From positions 413,719 to 477,718 of the forward strand of contig JAQULM010000001.1 of NCBI GenBank assembly GCA_028718605.1: a stretch of DNA of 64,000 bases, given 5' to 3'. Numbering within the stretch: position 1 is the stretch's first letter; each line of letters starts with the position of its first letter. Below, one piece after another: positions 48,501 to 57,000 of this stretch. The notes under the pieces are model-generated. The model ran no database searches. It had not been told where the DNA came from and saw only the letters and a program-made list of their open reading frames with translations. Source of the stretch: Patescibacteria group bacterium. Lineage in GTDB: Bacteria; Patescibacteriota; Patescibacteriia; UBA10025; JAHIVO01. Made by a program: the position numbers and the translations under genes.

Positions 48501-50298
48501 CAGCACCCTCGCGCGCGCAATACGTCTCGGGAATCTTCAGAACCCAGTTCGGGTCAATCAGCTGGTAGAACGGGGACTTCGGATTATCATATTCGCCAAT
48601 AATATCATTGAGCGTATAGTTGCCTCGCGCGTACTGCCCGATGTATTTCGCCGCCAGCTCCCACCCCACGGGAATAATGCGGTATTTCCGCAGAATCACC
48701 AAGCTCCGGTACGGGTACCCTTCGCGATAGTCCGGCTGATTGCCGGCGATATCATACCCAAAAGGTTTATTTCCATCCAGCAATCCCTGCTCAACAGCAT
48801 CACGAACGAGCATCTTCTGGCTGATAGCAGTGCTGAACCGGGAATCAATAACGCACGTCTGGGGTGTCGGGTCGTTCTGGTTCGGACAGCTTGAGAGGCC
48901 CGAGAGTATGTCCACGTTCCCGCCCTCAGAATAGGAAGTCTGCTTCAGCTCCTTGAACCGCAGCTTGGCGGCAGTAACGCCGGGTGATGATGCGCCAAAC
49001 TTGTTTGAGCCTCCCGCATACGATGAGGCAGTTGCTTCATCGAGACCGTTGAGGTAACGGTCGAGCAGTTTGTTGGCGAGTGTGTTTGTAAAAATTCCGA
49101 CTGCGTCGGCGACAAGGCTGCCGGTGTACGTAAGGTACGGATCGATTGACTTGCCGAATAATGACGTGCCAGCGCCGCGAAGAAACGCGGCGGGTGTCTT
49201 CACCACGCCGGTAATCTTGGACGTGACAGCCTTAAATTCCCCCTGGAGCGACTGCGTGAACTCGGTTGCCTTTTCGTTCACCGCTTTCGTCAGCTTCACC
49301 TGGTCTCGGATAGTCATGTACGCGCCGTACTCGCTGGCTTTGGGGTTGAATTTTTTTGAAAATTCGATGAGGTACTGCGTACCGGGATCAACTTGGACTA
49401 AGTCTTTTGTATCAACGCCGAGGCTCTTTGCGAGCTGGTTATAATGCTTCTGCAATCCTTCGCGATATCCATAATAATTATCCAGTATCTCCGTGATCGG
49501 ACAGTCCCCCTTGTAGCTTGTCCCTTTATCGTACTCATAATCCGCTTTGCGTGCCATGATAGTCAGCTTCACTTGCAGGTTGCCGCTTGGATCCTGGGGA
49601 TCGCCGAGATCGCACAGAGAAAACGAGCTTACGCATTCACCCGCACCGTCCTTTTTGATAAGGCGCGGTTTCTTCGCATCCGTCGGCTGCTTTATCATCT
49701 TCTCATCAAAAATTTTGTACTCATCCGCAGTTTCCATAATGGAAATATAGCAGCCGGCAGCAAGGCATTTCTTTTTCGCGTCGAGGCTGGAGGAGCATTC
49801 CTCCAATGAAAGATTTTGCGGGCATATCATGACCGGCGGCGGGCATTTTGAATCGGTTTTGCAGCCCTGGTACGGGTGGCCATCACACTGCGATTTTCCA
49901 ATCCAGTCTGATGCGATAGAATCGAGGAGATCGCCAGCCGCAGCATCACCCGCGTCCTTGAGCATCTTCATCGGATCGCCCACAAAATACGGCTTCTGGC
50001 CTTTCTCGCCGGTCGCGAGCTTTACCGCGTAGTTGTATGCGAGCGCATTAACATAGTTTTTCAAAACATTTTTAAACGCGATATCCTTGGCAGTTTTAAC
50101 CGCCTTCGAGATCGCATCGCGTATTGCCGCCGGAATATCGCCGATCGTAATGCTCATATCTCCCATGCCAAAAATGGCATCCGCGTGGCGCGGGATGAGG
50201 GCGACCGGTGCAACTAACTGCAGCGCGAAAAAAGCGAGAGCGCCAATAAGCGCCCACCGCCGCATCTGTCCGCGAAATATGTTTTTGAATCGCCTCAT
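39529..50298 (-). CDS. Giant (3589 aa) secreted Cys-rich surface protein with dockerin-like and PKD-like modules
   Basis: Signal peptide MRRFKNIFRGQMRRWALIGALAFFALQLVAPVALIPRHADA; hundreds of Cys in spaced CxxxxDC / CxxGxC repeats; dockerin-like DLNDDGRINRYDIDILNRYLSSG...GDFDENGSVDATDRNNFQSYIGG (nt ~45618..45800); C-terminal VQFTFSISADPEQSPITFVEVDWDDGTPHY is PKD-like. Confidence 0.7.
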   Translation of the reverse strand: MRRFKNIFRGQMRRWALIGALAFFALQLVAPVALIPRHADAIFGMGDMSITIGDIPAAIRDAISKAVKTAKDIAFKNVLKNYVNALAYNYAVKLATGEKGQKPYFVGDPMKMLKDAGDAAAGDLLDSIASDWIGKSQCDGHPYQGCKTDSKCPPPVMICPQNLSLEECSSSLDAKKKCLAAGCYISIMETADEYKIFDEKMIKQPTDAKKPRLIKKDGAGECVSSFSLCDLGDPQDPSGNLQVKLTIMARKADYEYDKGTSYKGDCPITEILDNYYGYREGLQKHYNQLAKSLGVDTKDLVQVDPGTQYLIEFSKKFNPKASEYGAYMTIRDQVKLTKAVNEKATEFTQSLQGEFKAVTSKITGVVKTPAAFLRGAGTSLFGKSIDPYLTYTGSLVADAVGIFTNTLANKLLDRYLNGLDEATASSYAGGSNKFGASSPGVTAAKLRFKELKQTSYSEGGNVDILSGLSSCPNQNDPTPQTCVIDSRFSTAISQKMLVRDAVEQGLLDGNKPFGYDIAGNQPDYREGYPYRSLVILRKYRIIPVGWELAAKYIGQYARGNYTLNDIIGEYDNPKSPFYQLIDPNWVLKIPETYCAREGAGPQVTYQTAIRAEDTNRDEKVDTADAASTLIQRQEDYCADEKQCLKEDEKGSCSVWGYCMEEKAVWRFDATECKPWETSCTLLTRRSGDMVSYLTDTVNTNSCSIDTVGCQWYCREYNSTAKSWACDGLKPNDATDPVISLNANARTCNVSADGCSEFIRVKGDGANLLLNSSFESYEQNPLAVKDDAASELFTYWPILSSFCGLQSPAVSDSYSGSTALRTSMLPPCPGNPDWTGTPFEDGTYTAQIADVGASTNERTFTFSLYAKQAADDADCTSDTGSLSVWAYRQPDAVIGGGMFTNVMNVATSGQWTRYTGTITFPKITFRVAAGEPLILASIVRPLTDQCDVIIDDFQMEENTLTPYKEYEESTKTYFKKPPSYLNCTGNAVTDDPLCASYTLQCQETEVGCEEFTSKTTGRKITGIISPPGLCNAADPFSCDQCSAEFVGCQAYRELEIDRMPLRPVRDPVSFVSTTGMSCPASAVGCEEYTNLEDVAAGGEGKEYYSKIKVCVETSDPDTGAYYTWEGSDEFGYQLRRYNLKKSNLDNGPCTNVGAENDPALVALGEDWPACIDNLDVDGDGTADYPQQVCTAADMADNPDCTEFFDSLGNVYYRLRTRLIYVSDDCKSYKNSVDSTASCADGICTNSGLACVDANSDGAINDEDCRGSIYHIIPNQGVQCTASNAGCRAYKGNAGDNTRQVYREDFESGSIDLWSGDASYSNESLNLNGHSMAVTNSAAISNVGSQITLPGGQQYSVSLWVKSAVSGSDVPVTVAINSTPAMVFSGKAVAKTGEWNQFVLGPLYLPESADISANQLVIYGDSAFYVDNIEITEVYDSVYLIKDSYQDCSGWEGCDAYSDSAGTVHYLKSFRRLCDKSKVGCDIFIDTYNTEMYESMSYTTARYLRGDLNDDGRINRYDIDILNRYLSSGTSYAPVPLLVGDFDENGSVDATDRNNFQSYIGGGPEPSSLHYDINPSISQDTVGYYVYDSDKACGAGSKGCERMGLPLTNADGSVSAYGDSYMINDPDAYATEMCLYNENGCEEYTTGSGSQMYFKEPGKKTCSYQKDKGGWFKNGSASATPDCPVSIGTCYNGGANEGALCNSSDDCDSGNCLKDDRITPKPVDGWVGSCEESVSGCTEYRDPEGIADNAEVLSQNFLTNGSFESIDSVADAGIVTDAIIDNDTCNAGRCQQSGYPCAVDLDCYVPDEFLDWGNQSTKLGLCTAGGPQAGYACNSNIDCGRCDTDYTSGCGGGATYCDDNNDCVTCAGAACPGTCEAGGTTCNRAASTCDLPGPGEARQPCGDRLIATSDAHDGAVAAIFRSYQNCTNAPWNDAAHYQWRGIDTGSLTDNKTFRISFWAKRNPNDPRCTVLADPTYDGVSVGAVRTVDQVLPNGVQYLPGAFFHTTDSWQKYEYVISIPSTPFIDGDGVEHEWNPSGGTTLEELQNRFSVVFRRPGVAASTPVCDVILDQVQVEQVSAEADYASYYYLSDTIDSSSCNGLVSRDAGCRLFEDMSRSDLPYSSSASVDGEEPATCVDDPTTCDSNSVVKVRPDRECGKWLACETTVREEDKNGNVQELCTSRFICDKMDEATGVCTGVVDYEEVDQTFTSPAFAEKVHNYSGMVMAGLDWQRRCKNNKDIICTSDAQCGAGGTCSDPQIVEGALLYPAMEEAGSVTSGTDLAKNGDFGDGDYEANQKLSCELTGGATASCTTSSDYGGSPDAGPTVDEIDLSELDSAWQPRNWFDGVATVKWTEEDVNNGGVPSQNSNLDENNVARVKTSGYTGNDTNNDGTIGTAQWNGLSYDIGTGNLIDGDQYVVSLKLRWATLPTVYDKIRVEFGYLDARGNEIGWSAIEDVELTQDWQQFTLGPIEAGWDPIGGAEVTGWNDALLNIIHFHDEPQMCNANPNVPCNVDADCPVGDTCNIVTVPGVEFFVDDISIEPALKYKEDGSLIPRSCRLYPNASAPYCAYTDENGIEYRGWEGYCLERDPLNPAYCLNWWPADLLMGDTNIFSNLRTAGYDGRRPLYMCLEQEGNYNKPKSVSFGLVDTFQATRQVSNGKGSTGHGGGCRITFEESPLIGKPFKYRAPMTTNFIDQDGTSECDEAGNMGGAAYSCAWDGGWRNGFCMSCDCDDDEQCTRGYNNLITAHPEDRYYKYEIERIDVLMVHWSHGDWECGHYGVGDGDNHYFMTLNEEDAGGGPCGGATNCWGERWTCSGNYIDFAVIFNDAGQITHFRTSMHDGNNGGGAHYLPIFQLRESCSVLAQVADDDNDRAWTARVSEGSAFQVPALLYKYTQQFAPFGTVVAPAGDPTAWDYATHTGPLYVESRSDASFAHAGTPYSSPYNTVANGLLGQHIKYCTNNTGNWCDSAAAVTACTTGGGKCVGGRQCSWRWANDCATRLDEVNCHEGDDGTVGTDDDGYCVGIGVGFCSGNAEAYCAIDADCSYGGRNYGPCIMDGGTYGMKTATPTPDTNYAEAIRYSKRLFANAFNAWTWDIATCDRSNFTDLIRCTAGDDSTCEFRRCGAIGTCYGGAEDGEPCGGTCAAGDNASLSCATNADCPDSTCTPIPGGYTCTGGTCQTNHTMACAGAADCQHLACADNALQECFNRCDNNSGPRTGHVCTVNADCRSFIWPAGNCVTSDFDCRVYGCSTALGVCSNSSAYCQVTADCGGAPAVCNTGLCRAGANDGARCRIAADCPGGTCEATRIGCSDNVECTGVGVCSHDSTVLCQADTDCKNGSCSVTTSVECHVDTDCPGGETCAGATATCENERNWGSCAVVDTYGTCQSTTFGSCRTDDYGACTAPAGSMSYAENSGFINTWNTAYNTMAVCPYSTAQGKAVRPEYVQGLDVDYCGVPPIIHTILVGAGGSLEETDSITIPGGGVVQFTFSISADPEQSPITFVEVDWDDGTPHYVTTGRYESGTISLSHQYRIPGPHIPKIKVVDNWDWCGVLKDSGESCPGFGDCRFNVDLDDCDFEGGRDGLTSTGVTITVTQ

Positions 50299-50324
50299 GT
50301 GTACGTCGCGCCGTTAGATCTGGA

Positions 50325-51218
50325 CTATTCGCTCGTACCCAAATTGGTTTCTAAGCTCTCTAAATAAATTGCTCGTAACGTTTCATCGTCGATCTGATTC
50401 AAAGTTTCAGCAGCGATGCCGCTTTCAGCGAGGAGCTCGCGGATTTCATCAGGTGTCAGCGACTGTAGCCTCTCATAGGTTATGGAGTCGGTCGTTACGC
50501 TGTTTGTCGTTGCCTGTGCATTCGTTGCACTATTGGCATTTACCGCGGTATTCGTCCCTGTTTGTCCACCGACAATATCGAGGTACGCTGCCTGTAAATC
50601 CTCATCGCTGATACTGCTCAAGAACTCTTCGGACGCGCCCGCATCACGCATAATGGATCGAAGTTCGTCCGCGCTTAGATTTGAGAGATCAACTTGCGTC
50701 AGAGGCTCACTATTGGTGCCCGCCGTGATATCATTGACGAGCCCGCTGACATTCGTGTTCGCATTCGAATTCGTTGCTGTTTCCCGCCCGCATGTATCGC
50801 CCGCCGGACAATTCGGATCTTGCCCTGCGGCAAGCTCATCTTTATCACTCGTCCCGTCGCTATCGCTGTCAGCAATATACGGGCTGGTGCTAAACGTATA
50901 AAGCTCGTCGTAATCATTCAAACCGTCACTATCAGTATCTTTGGCGCGGAGGGACTCAAGCCGTTCAACCGACGTCTGCGATGTATTCAAGGTCGCGAGG
51001 TCTTGGTTCGACAAAAGTACTTCATATTCAAACGGGTTGCTGATCTGCATACCAATGTACCAAATTCCAAATGCGACAACAGCTGTTCCGACGACAATTG
51101 AAACAACGACCGTACGGGTCCGCTCTTTCCGTCGAGCTTCGTCTGCCTCGAAATACGGATCGCTGAAGAGTCGCTGGAGCAAATTTTTATTTTGATTTTC
51201 CGGCATCTTGGGTGCCAT
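50325..51218 (-). CDS. Membrane-anchored Ca-binding (thrombospondin-type-3-like DxDxDG repeats) protein with two ~40-aa C-terminal repeats
   Basis: TM VVVSIVVGTAVVAFGIWYIGM; DTDSDGLNDYDELY...DSDSDGTSDKDELAAGQDPNCP (nt 50799..50942); repeats DLSNLSADELRSIMRDAGASEEFLSSISDEDLQAAYLDI and LQSLTPDEIRELLAESGIAAETLNQIDDETLRAIYLESL (nt 50352..50693). Confidence 0.55.
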   Translation of the reverse strand: MAPKMPENQNKNLLQRLFSDPYFEADEARRKERTRTVVVSIVVGTAVVAFGIWYIGMQISNPFEYEVLLSNQDLATLNTSQTSVERLESLRAKDTDSDGLNDYDELYTFSTSPYIADSDSDGTSDKDELAAGQDPNCPAGDTCGRETATNSNANTNVSGLVNDITAGTNSEPLTQVDLSNLSADELRSIMRDAGASEEFLSSISDEDLQAAYLDIVGGQTGTNTAVNANSATNAQATTNSVTTDSITYERLQSLTPDEIRELLAESGIAAETLNQIDDETLRAIYLESLETNLGTSE

Positions 51219-51230
51219 AATGACCCTGCC

Positions 51231-51259
51231 ATTATATCACATTATCTCATGTCTGTCAA
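51231..51259 (-). promoter_or_regulatory. Near-consensus sigma70 promoter driving the giant operon
   Basis: On the minus strand: TTGACA (51259..51254), 17-nt spacer, TATAAT (51236..51231). The ATG of 50325..51218 is ~13 nt downstream, so the leader is very short. Confidence 0.6.
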
Positions 51260-52132
51260 TTAAAAAACGCCCCGAGTGTTCCTAATTTCATGTGTAATTT
51301 TTATCCAATCGCCGACCGACAAATTCTGGGCTCGAATCATGGGATCAATGCCAGCCTTTTGCAGTATAGTTCGCGCAAAATCATCTCCAAGCCTCAGGCC
51401 TGAAGCGATGTTATTGTGCAGTTGTTTTCTCCGTGCCGCATATCCAGTCCGTACGACGCTAAAAAACTGGCTCGCCGTAGATGGTTGAAGCGCCTCCAGG
51501 TACCCGTGCGCATCTGCCCCGATTCCGTCAATTTTTAACACCGCCGAGTCAACCTCCGGCTCTGGCCAAAAGCAATCAGGCGGTACGATCTCGACGATTC
51601 GCGGGTTCCCGAAAAACTGTACTGCCACCGAAAGTACGCTCATCTTGCCGGCACCGGCGGTAACACGTTCTGCGACTTCGCGCTGCACCAGAAGCGTCAT
51701 CGAAGACGGACGGGGCGTACGTTCGAGAAATGAACGCAGAACGAGCGACGTGATGTTATACGGGACGTTCGCCACAACCTTATACCGAAGGTCATGGAGC
51801 CGCGGCGAAAGGGCAGGCCATTGCTGAAAAATATCACCGCCAATGAGCGTACAATTACCGCATCCGCCAACGCGGTCATGGAGCGCAGCGATGAGCCGCT
51901 GGTCAAGCTCAACCGCGAAAACACGGCTGGCGCGGGCACACAGCTCCTCAGTCAGAGCGCCGAATCCAGGGCCGATTTCAAGCACTGTATCGCTCTTCGA
52001 TACTTCTGCCGTCGTTACAATACAATCGAGCGTTTCAGCAGAAATCAAAAAATTCTGGCCAGATGACCGCTGAGGCACAACGCCATAGCGCTTACAGAGC
52101 GCGCGGAGTGTACGAATTGTCGCAACACTCAT
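51260..52132 (-). CDS. rsmA: 16S rRNA (adenine1518/1519-N6)-dimethyltransferase RsmA/KsgA
   Basis: SGQNFLISAETLDCIV, SAM motif VLEIGPGFGALTEEL, NVPYNITS. I chose the start at MSVATIRTL so it abuts the stop of the upstream MFS gene. Confidence 0.85.
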   Translation of the reverse strand: MSVATIRTLRALCKRYGVVPQRSSGQNFLISAETLDCIVTTAEVSKSDTVLEIGPGFGALTEELCARASRVFAVELDQRLIAALHDRVGGCGNCTLIGGDIFQQWPALSPRLHDLRYKVVANVPYNITSLVLRSFLERTPRPSSMTLLVQREVAERVTAGAGKMSVLSVAVQFFGNPRIVEIVPPDCFWPEPEVDSAVLKIDGIGADAHGYLEALQPSTASQFFSVVRTGYAARRKQLHNNIASGLRLGDDFARTILQKAGIDPMIRAQNLSVGDWIKITHEIRNTRGVF

Positions 52133-53313
52133 AAGATTCGCGGTCGCGCCGTCTTCATGAACAAATACAAGAGCGAGAACAGCGCGGAACAAATAAACAT
52201 GACCGGCCAGGGAGATACATTAAACGATAACACGATAAGTAAGAGCCCGGCAGCGATCACTTTGCCTGCTGCGAGTGACTGCTCGTAGAATACGGTATAC
52301 CCAAGGACGTCCTCCCGCTTCCCGTTTTCATACGTCATTGCGAGGAGCGGCACATAGAGCGCTTCCTTCGAAAGCCGCGACAGCGTATCGAATGACAGCA
52401 CTTGCCACGCTTTCTGGGCAAAACCGCGTATGAGCCAGCTCACTGCGTAGACGATGCTGCCGAAGCGAAGGACATGCTCTTTCTTATACCGGTCGGTTGC
52501 CTTGCCGAGGAGGAGCGCGATAAAGGCGGTCACGAGCGTTGCAATCGCTACGAGCGCCCCGATCTCAAAAAAATCTTTGACCACGGTAAAAATAAAAATT
52601 GGCCACATGACCATGACGATGAGCTCCTCCCCGAAACCAAGGTATGCGACGAAATTGCGGCGGTGCCCGGGCGCATAGAGCTTCCGGAGGGTTTCGCGGT
52701 ATGAAAAGGATGACTGGCTATGAATTTCCTTGATCCGCAGCAGGGGAATTGCCGAGAAAATAAAAAGCGCTGCAACGATCAGGAACAGGGAGCTGTAATT
52801 GCTCCATTCGAGAATCGCGCCGCCGATAAACGGGCCGACAATGTACACGATCATGTTCAGCGTCTCAAGCCCACCGACCTCGCGTCCGCGCTGGGAATCA
52901 TCCGAAAAAAGGACGAAATCAGCATGGTATGCAGGCCAATAGAACGACTTCTGGATTGCGTAAATGATTGGGGCGACATAAAACAGGAAGGACAACCTCT
53001 GAATTCCAAAGAGTGATATATAAAATGCAATGAGGAAAAATTGGCTATAGAATATTGAATGCTCCATGCCGATCCGGGCGATGATCCTGCCGACAACTGG
53101 CAGAATGAGGAAGTACCCGACGTATACCATCAGGTAGAAAAAGAGGATGTACCGTAATGAATATCCGAGCGTGTACAGAAAAATCGGCTCGAAAATCGCT
53201 ACCGTCGCAATCCCTAAGCCCATCATCCCGACAGACCAATAGAGGTTGACGAGTTTGCGCGAGGGGTGTTTGGAAAAATAGTGGGGAAGGTTGAGATGGA
53301 TTCTATTGAACAT
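52129..53313 (-). CDS. MFS-type transporter
   Basis: ~12 TM helices with a two-halves arrangement. I chose the start at MFNRIHLNL, because the longer ORF would overlap tsaC. Confidence 0.55.
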   Translation of the reverse strand: MFNRIHLNLPHYFSKHPSRKLVNLYWSVGMMGLGIATVAIFEPIFLYTLGYSLRYILFFYLMVYVGYFLILPVVGRIIARIGMEHSIFYSQFFLIAFYISLFGIQRLSFLFYVAPIIYAIQKSFYWPAYHADFVLFSDDSQRGREVGGLETLNMIVYIVGPFIGGAILEWSNYSSLFLIVAALFIFSAIPLLRIKEIHSQSSFSYRETLRKLYAPGHRRNFVAYLGFGEELIVMVMWPIFIFTVVKDFFEIGALVAIATLVTAFIALLLGKATDRYKKEHVLRFGSIVYAVSWLIRGFAQKAWQVLSFDTLSRLSKEALYVPLLAMTYENGKREDVLGYTVFYEQSLAAGKVIAAGLLLIVLSFNVSPWPVMFICSALFSLLYLFMKTARPRIL

Positions 53314-53365
53314 GATGGTACGTAAATTCGGCGGTGCCATGCAGCAGCCGCCCCTCCCTGGCGAT

Positions 53366-53986
53366 TTAAAGCTTTGGGACGACGGGCCCTTCGCGCAGAA
53401 CCTGCAGCTTGGTCCCGATGACCTGCACGACGGTCGAAACCGGCACTTCTGGCAGTTCACCGGCATCCAATACAAGGTCCGGCTGGCTGGGAGAATCCTG
53501 GAACATGCGGGTTACGCACTCGGCGGTGTAGCAATTGCCCCGGCCGGTGATATTCGCGCTGGTGGCAGTCAGCGGTTTGCCGCACGCAGCAACGAGTGCC
53601 TGCGCGGCTGGCGAATTCGTAATGCGGACGCCGATCGTCGGTAACCCGAGCGTGAGAGATGGCGGCACCGCGTCTTTCTTTTTGAAAATAATCGTCAGGG
53701 CGCCAGGCCAGTACTGTTTCATGAGCTTACGCTCTGCTGGTGCAACCGACGCAATCCCGGCGAGCATGTGTTGGTCCGCGATGATAACCGGCAGCGGCTT
53801 CTGCATGCGCTGCTTGAGGATGAAGAGCTTCCCGATCGCCGTCTCGTCCAATGCATTAACTGCCAATCCATAGGCTGTATCGGTCGGGTACGCGACAACA
53901 CCGCCACCCAGGATGATTGCTGCCGCCTGTTTAATGATATGCGGCTCAGGATTTTTCGGATCGATTGCTACTATCTGTAGGCTCAT
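53366..53986 (-). CDS. tsaC: L-threonylcarbamoyladenylate synthase TsaC/YrdC family
   Basis: YPTDTAYGLAVNALDETAIGKLFILKQRMQKPLPVIIAD...TATSANITG are the YrdC/Sua5 signature motifs; ~200 aa suggests the single-domain form. Confidence 0.8.
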   Translation of the reverse strand: MSLQIVAIDPKNPEPHIIKQAAAIILGGGVVAYPTDTAYGLAVNALDETAIGKLFILKQRMQKPLPVIIADQHMLAGIASVAPAERKLMKQYWPGALTIIFKKKDAVPPSLTLGLPTIGVRITNSPAAQALVAACGKPLTATSANITGRGNCYTAECVTRMFQDSPSQPDLVLDAGELPEVPVSTVVQVIGTKLQVLREGPVVPKL

Positions 53987-54035
53987 ACTCTTCTTATGGC
54001 GCGAGGCGTTGATTAATGGTTTCCATGCTTCTTAA

Positions 54036-57000
54036 TCATACCACAAAATTTATCAGCCTGCCTGGCACAAATACTACCTTTTTCGGTTCCGTGGCGACGT
54101 ACTTCCGCACTTTCGGGCTTTTCAATGCCAATGCCCTCACTTGATCTACGGTGGCATCTGGACGGGCGATGACAATATCCCGCACCTTGCCATTGACTTG
54201 TACCACGAACTTCACCTGCTCGTCCTGAACTTTCGCTTCGTCGTACAAAGGCCATTGCTCGTACATAATGCTCTTCTGATGGCCGAGGCGTTCCCATAAT
54301 TCTTCTGCGATATGCGGCGCAAAAGGTGACATTAATTTAAGGAAAATTTCAAACTCCTCTCGCTTCAATAAAGATTGCCCCTCATATGATTGCCCATTAA
54401 CAACTATTACTTTTTTTATATAAGTCATCAGCTGGGCAATGGCAGTATTAAATTTAAAATTCTCTATATCCTCGGAAATCTTTTTTATCGTTATATGCAA
54501 TTGTCTCACGATACCATGATGAAGATTTTTAGCCTGTGGATTATCTTTATACCACTCAATTAAAAATAGGCTCCACTCCCAAACTCGGTCAAGAAACCGC
54601 GTCATTCCGATTAATCCTTTTGTATTCCACGGCTTCACGTCCTCAAACGGACCCATGAACATTTCGTACATGCGCATGGCATCAGCGCCGAACTTCTTGA
54701 TGACATCGTCAGGATTCACGACATTACCGCGCGATTTGGACATCTTCTGCCCGTCTTCGCCTAAGATCAGCCCCTGGTTTTTTAATTTAATAAACGGCTC
54801 GTCGCCATTCTTTTTAACAAACTCTTTGGGTATAACCTCAATGTCGCATAAAAACTTATAAATAAACCGCGCGTACAGCAAATGCAAAACCGCATGCTCA
54901 GCACCGCCGATGTACAGGTCGACGGGCAGCCACTGCTTCAGTTTTTCGGGGTCTGCAAGCTTTTTATCATTGTGCGGGTCGCAGTACCGAAGCCAGTACC
55001 AGTTTGACCCTGCCCACTGGGGCATGGTGTTTGTCTCGCGCTTGGCAGGCCCGCCGCACTGCGGGCACTTCACGTTTACCCATGTGGCAATCGCAGCAAG
55101 TGGCGACTCGCCCGTGCCGGTTGGTTTGTACTTTTTGACATTCGGAAGTTTCACGGGCAAGTGCTTTTCAGGAACGGCAACATGCCCGCACTTCTCGCAG
55201 TGCACGATCGGAATCGGTTCGCCCCAGTACCGCTGCCGGGAAAACACCCAGTCGCGGAGCTTATAATTAACAGCGGTCTTTCCTTTCCCCTGTCTTTGTA
55301 ACCATGCAGTAATAACCTTCTTGAACTCAACCGAATCCATGCCGTCGTATTTGCCGGAATTAATCATGGTTCCCTCGCCAGTATAAGCAAACGGCACTTC
55401 CTTCCCTTCGCATATTTGCTGATAATCATACCTAAACGCTTCCTGTGTAGTTATTTCTGCGTCATGTGCGAAAATTTCCCAATAATGTTGAGTTTGCGAA
55501 TAAGTCTTTGGCAAAATAACATGACGGAATTTTAGATGATATTTTTCTGCAAAAAAGGCATCCCGCTCGTCATGCGCCGGTACTGCCATAATCGCGCCAG
55601 TGCCGTATGAACGTAACACGTAGTCAGCGATCCAGATCGGAATCTTCGCGCCATTAACAGGATTAATGGCGTATGCACCGGTAAACACGCCTGTTTTCTC
55701 TTTCGCCAAATCCGTCCGGTCAAGATCTGACTTTTTCGCGGCAGACGTTTGGTACTTTTCAACTGCCTGCTTCTGGTCCGGCGTTGTGATCGAACCCACC
55801 AGCTCATGTTCGGGCGACAGTACCATGTACGTCGCGCCGAATAACGTGTCAGGCCGTGTGGTAAAGACGCGGATTACCGGACATAAAAGTTTGCTCAGCG
55901 CATCCTTGACCGGCTTGAGCTCAATATTGACCTCCTCATGCTCAGTTTCATCAACCGGACGTTTGTTGGTTGCGACATTGATGTACAGCGACCGCATGGG
56001 AAAATGCGGATCAACAGGCTTATGGAGCGTATCCGTTAATATAATATCTCTCCGCGCCTCAGCAAAACGGACTGTCCCGTCAGGAGTGACCAAGGCAAAA
56101 CAGTCAATCCAGTATGCATTTACTTTTCCGCCGTGCTTTTTCGCAACACTCGAATAATGCCGGATAATGTGCTCCATGATCTGTTTTCTGGAAAGTTGCG
56201 ATTCATCTTTGCCGCCGAGGGCAGTCCGCCGCACCATGGCAGGATCATGCGTTTCGCCGTCGATATACAAACCCGTATCAACGGCAAGAACCGGCAGTTT
56301 CGTTTTTCCGAAATACGCGCGCGCTTTAGCCTCTGCGTTCTCGCGAAGATTGCCGTCTTCATGAACTTCAATCGTTTTTATATGCTCATCCGCAGGTGTT
56401 ACCAGATCGGGCGCAGTGCCGATGCTCGCAAGAAGTTTTTTAAATCGCACCACCTTGCTCGGATTCGTTGTCGCGGCCAAAACCCTCGGGTGCGGTGCAA
56501 CCGAAAAATCAACTTCAGCGCCCTCGCTTCTGCCAATCCAATTCTTCTGGAGCAATTTGATGTTCTCCGGCCAGTCGAGCTTGTCCAATCCGTGCAAAAG
56601 CCGCTCGATATACCGCTCATCGGTAATCTTAACGAGCCACTGCTTGATGCTCTTTTTCGTCACCTCGGTGCCGCACCGCTCGCATGTGCCGGCAACAACC
56701 TCCTCATTCGCCAATCCGGTCTTGCATGACGGGCACCAGTTGATCGGCGCATATGATTCGTATGCAAGGCCATGTTTGAATAACTGTAAAAAAATCCACT
56801 GCGTCCACTGGTAGTATGACGGGTCAGAAGTAATAACCTCGCGATCCCAGTCATACGAAAAACCCAGGGATTTGATCTGCTTGCGCATGTTCCGTATGTT
56901 TTTCGCTGTCGTAACGGCAGGGTGCGTCCCTGTTTTAATCGCGTAATTCTCCGCGGGCAAACCGAATGAGTCGAAACCCATCGGATGCAGGACGGGAAAC

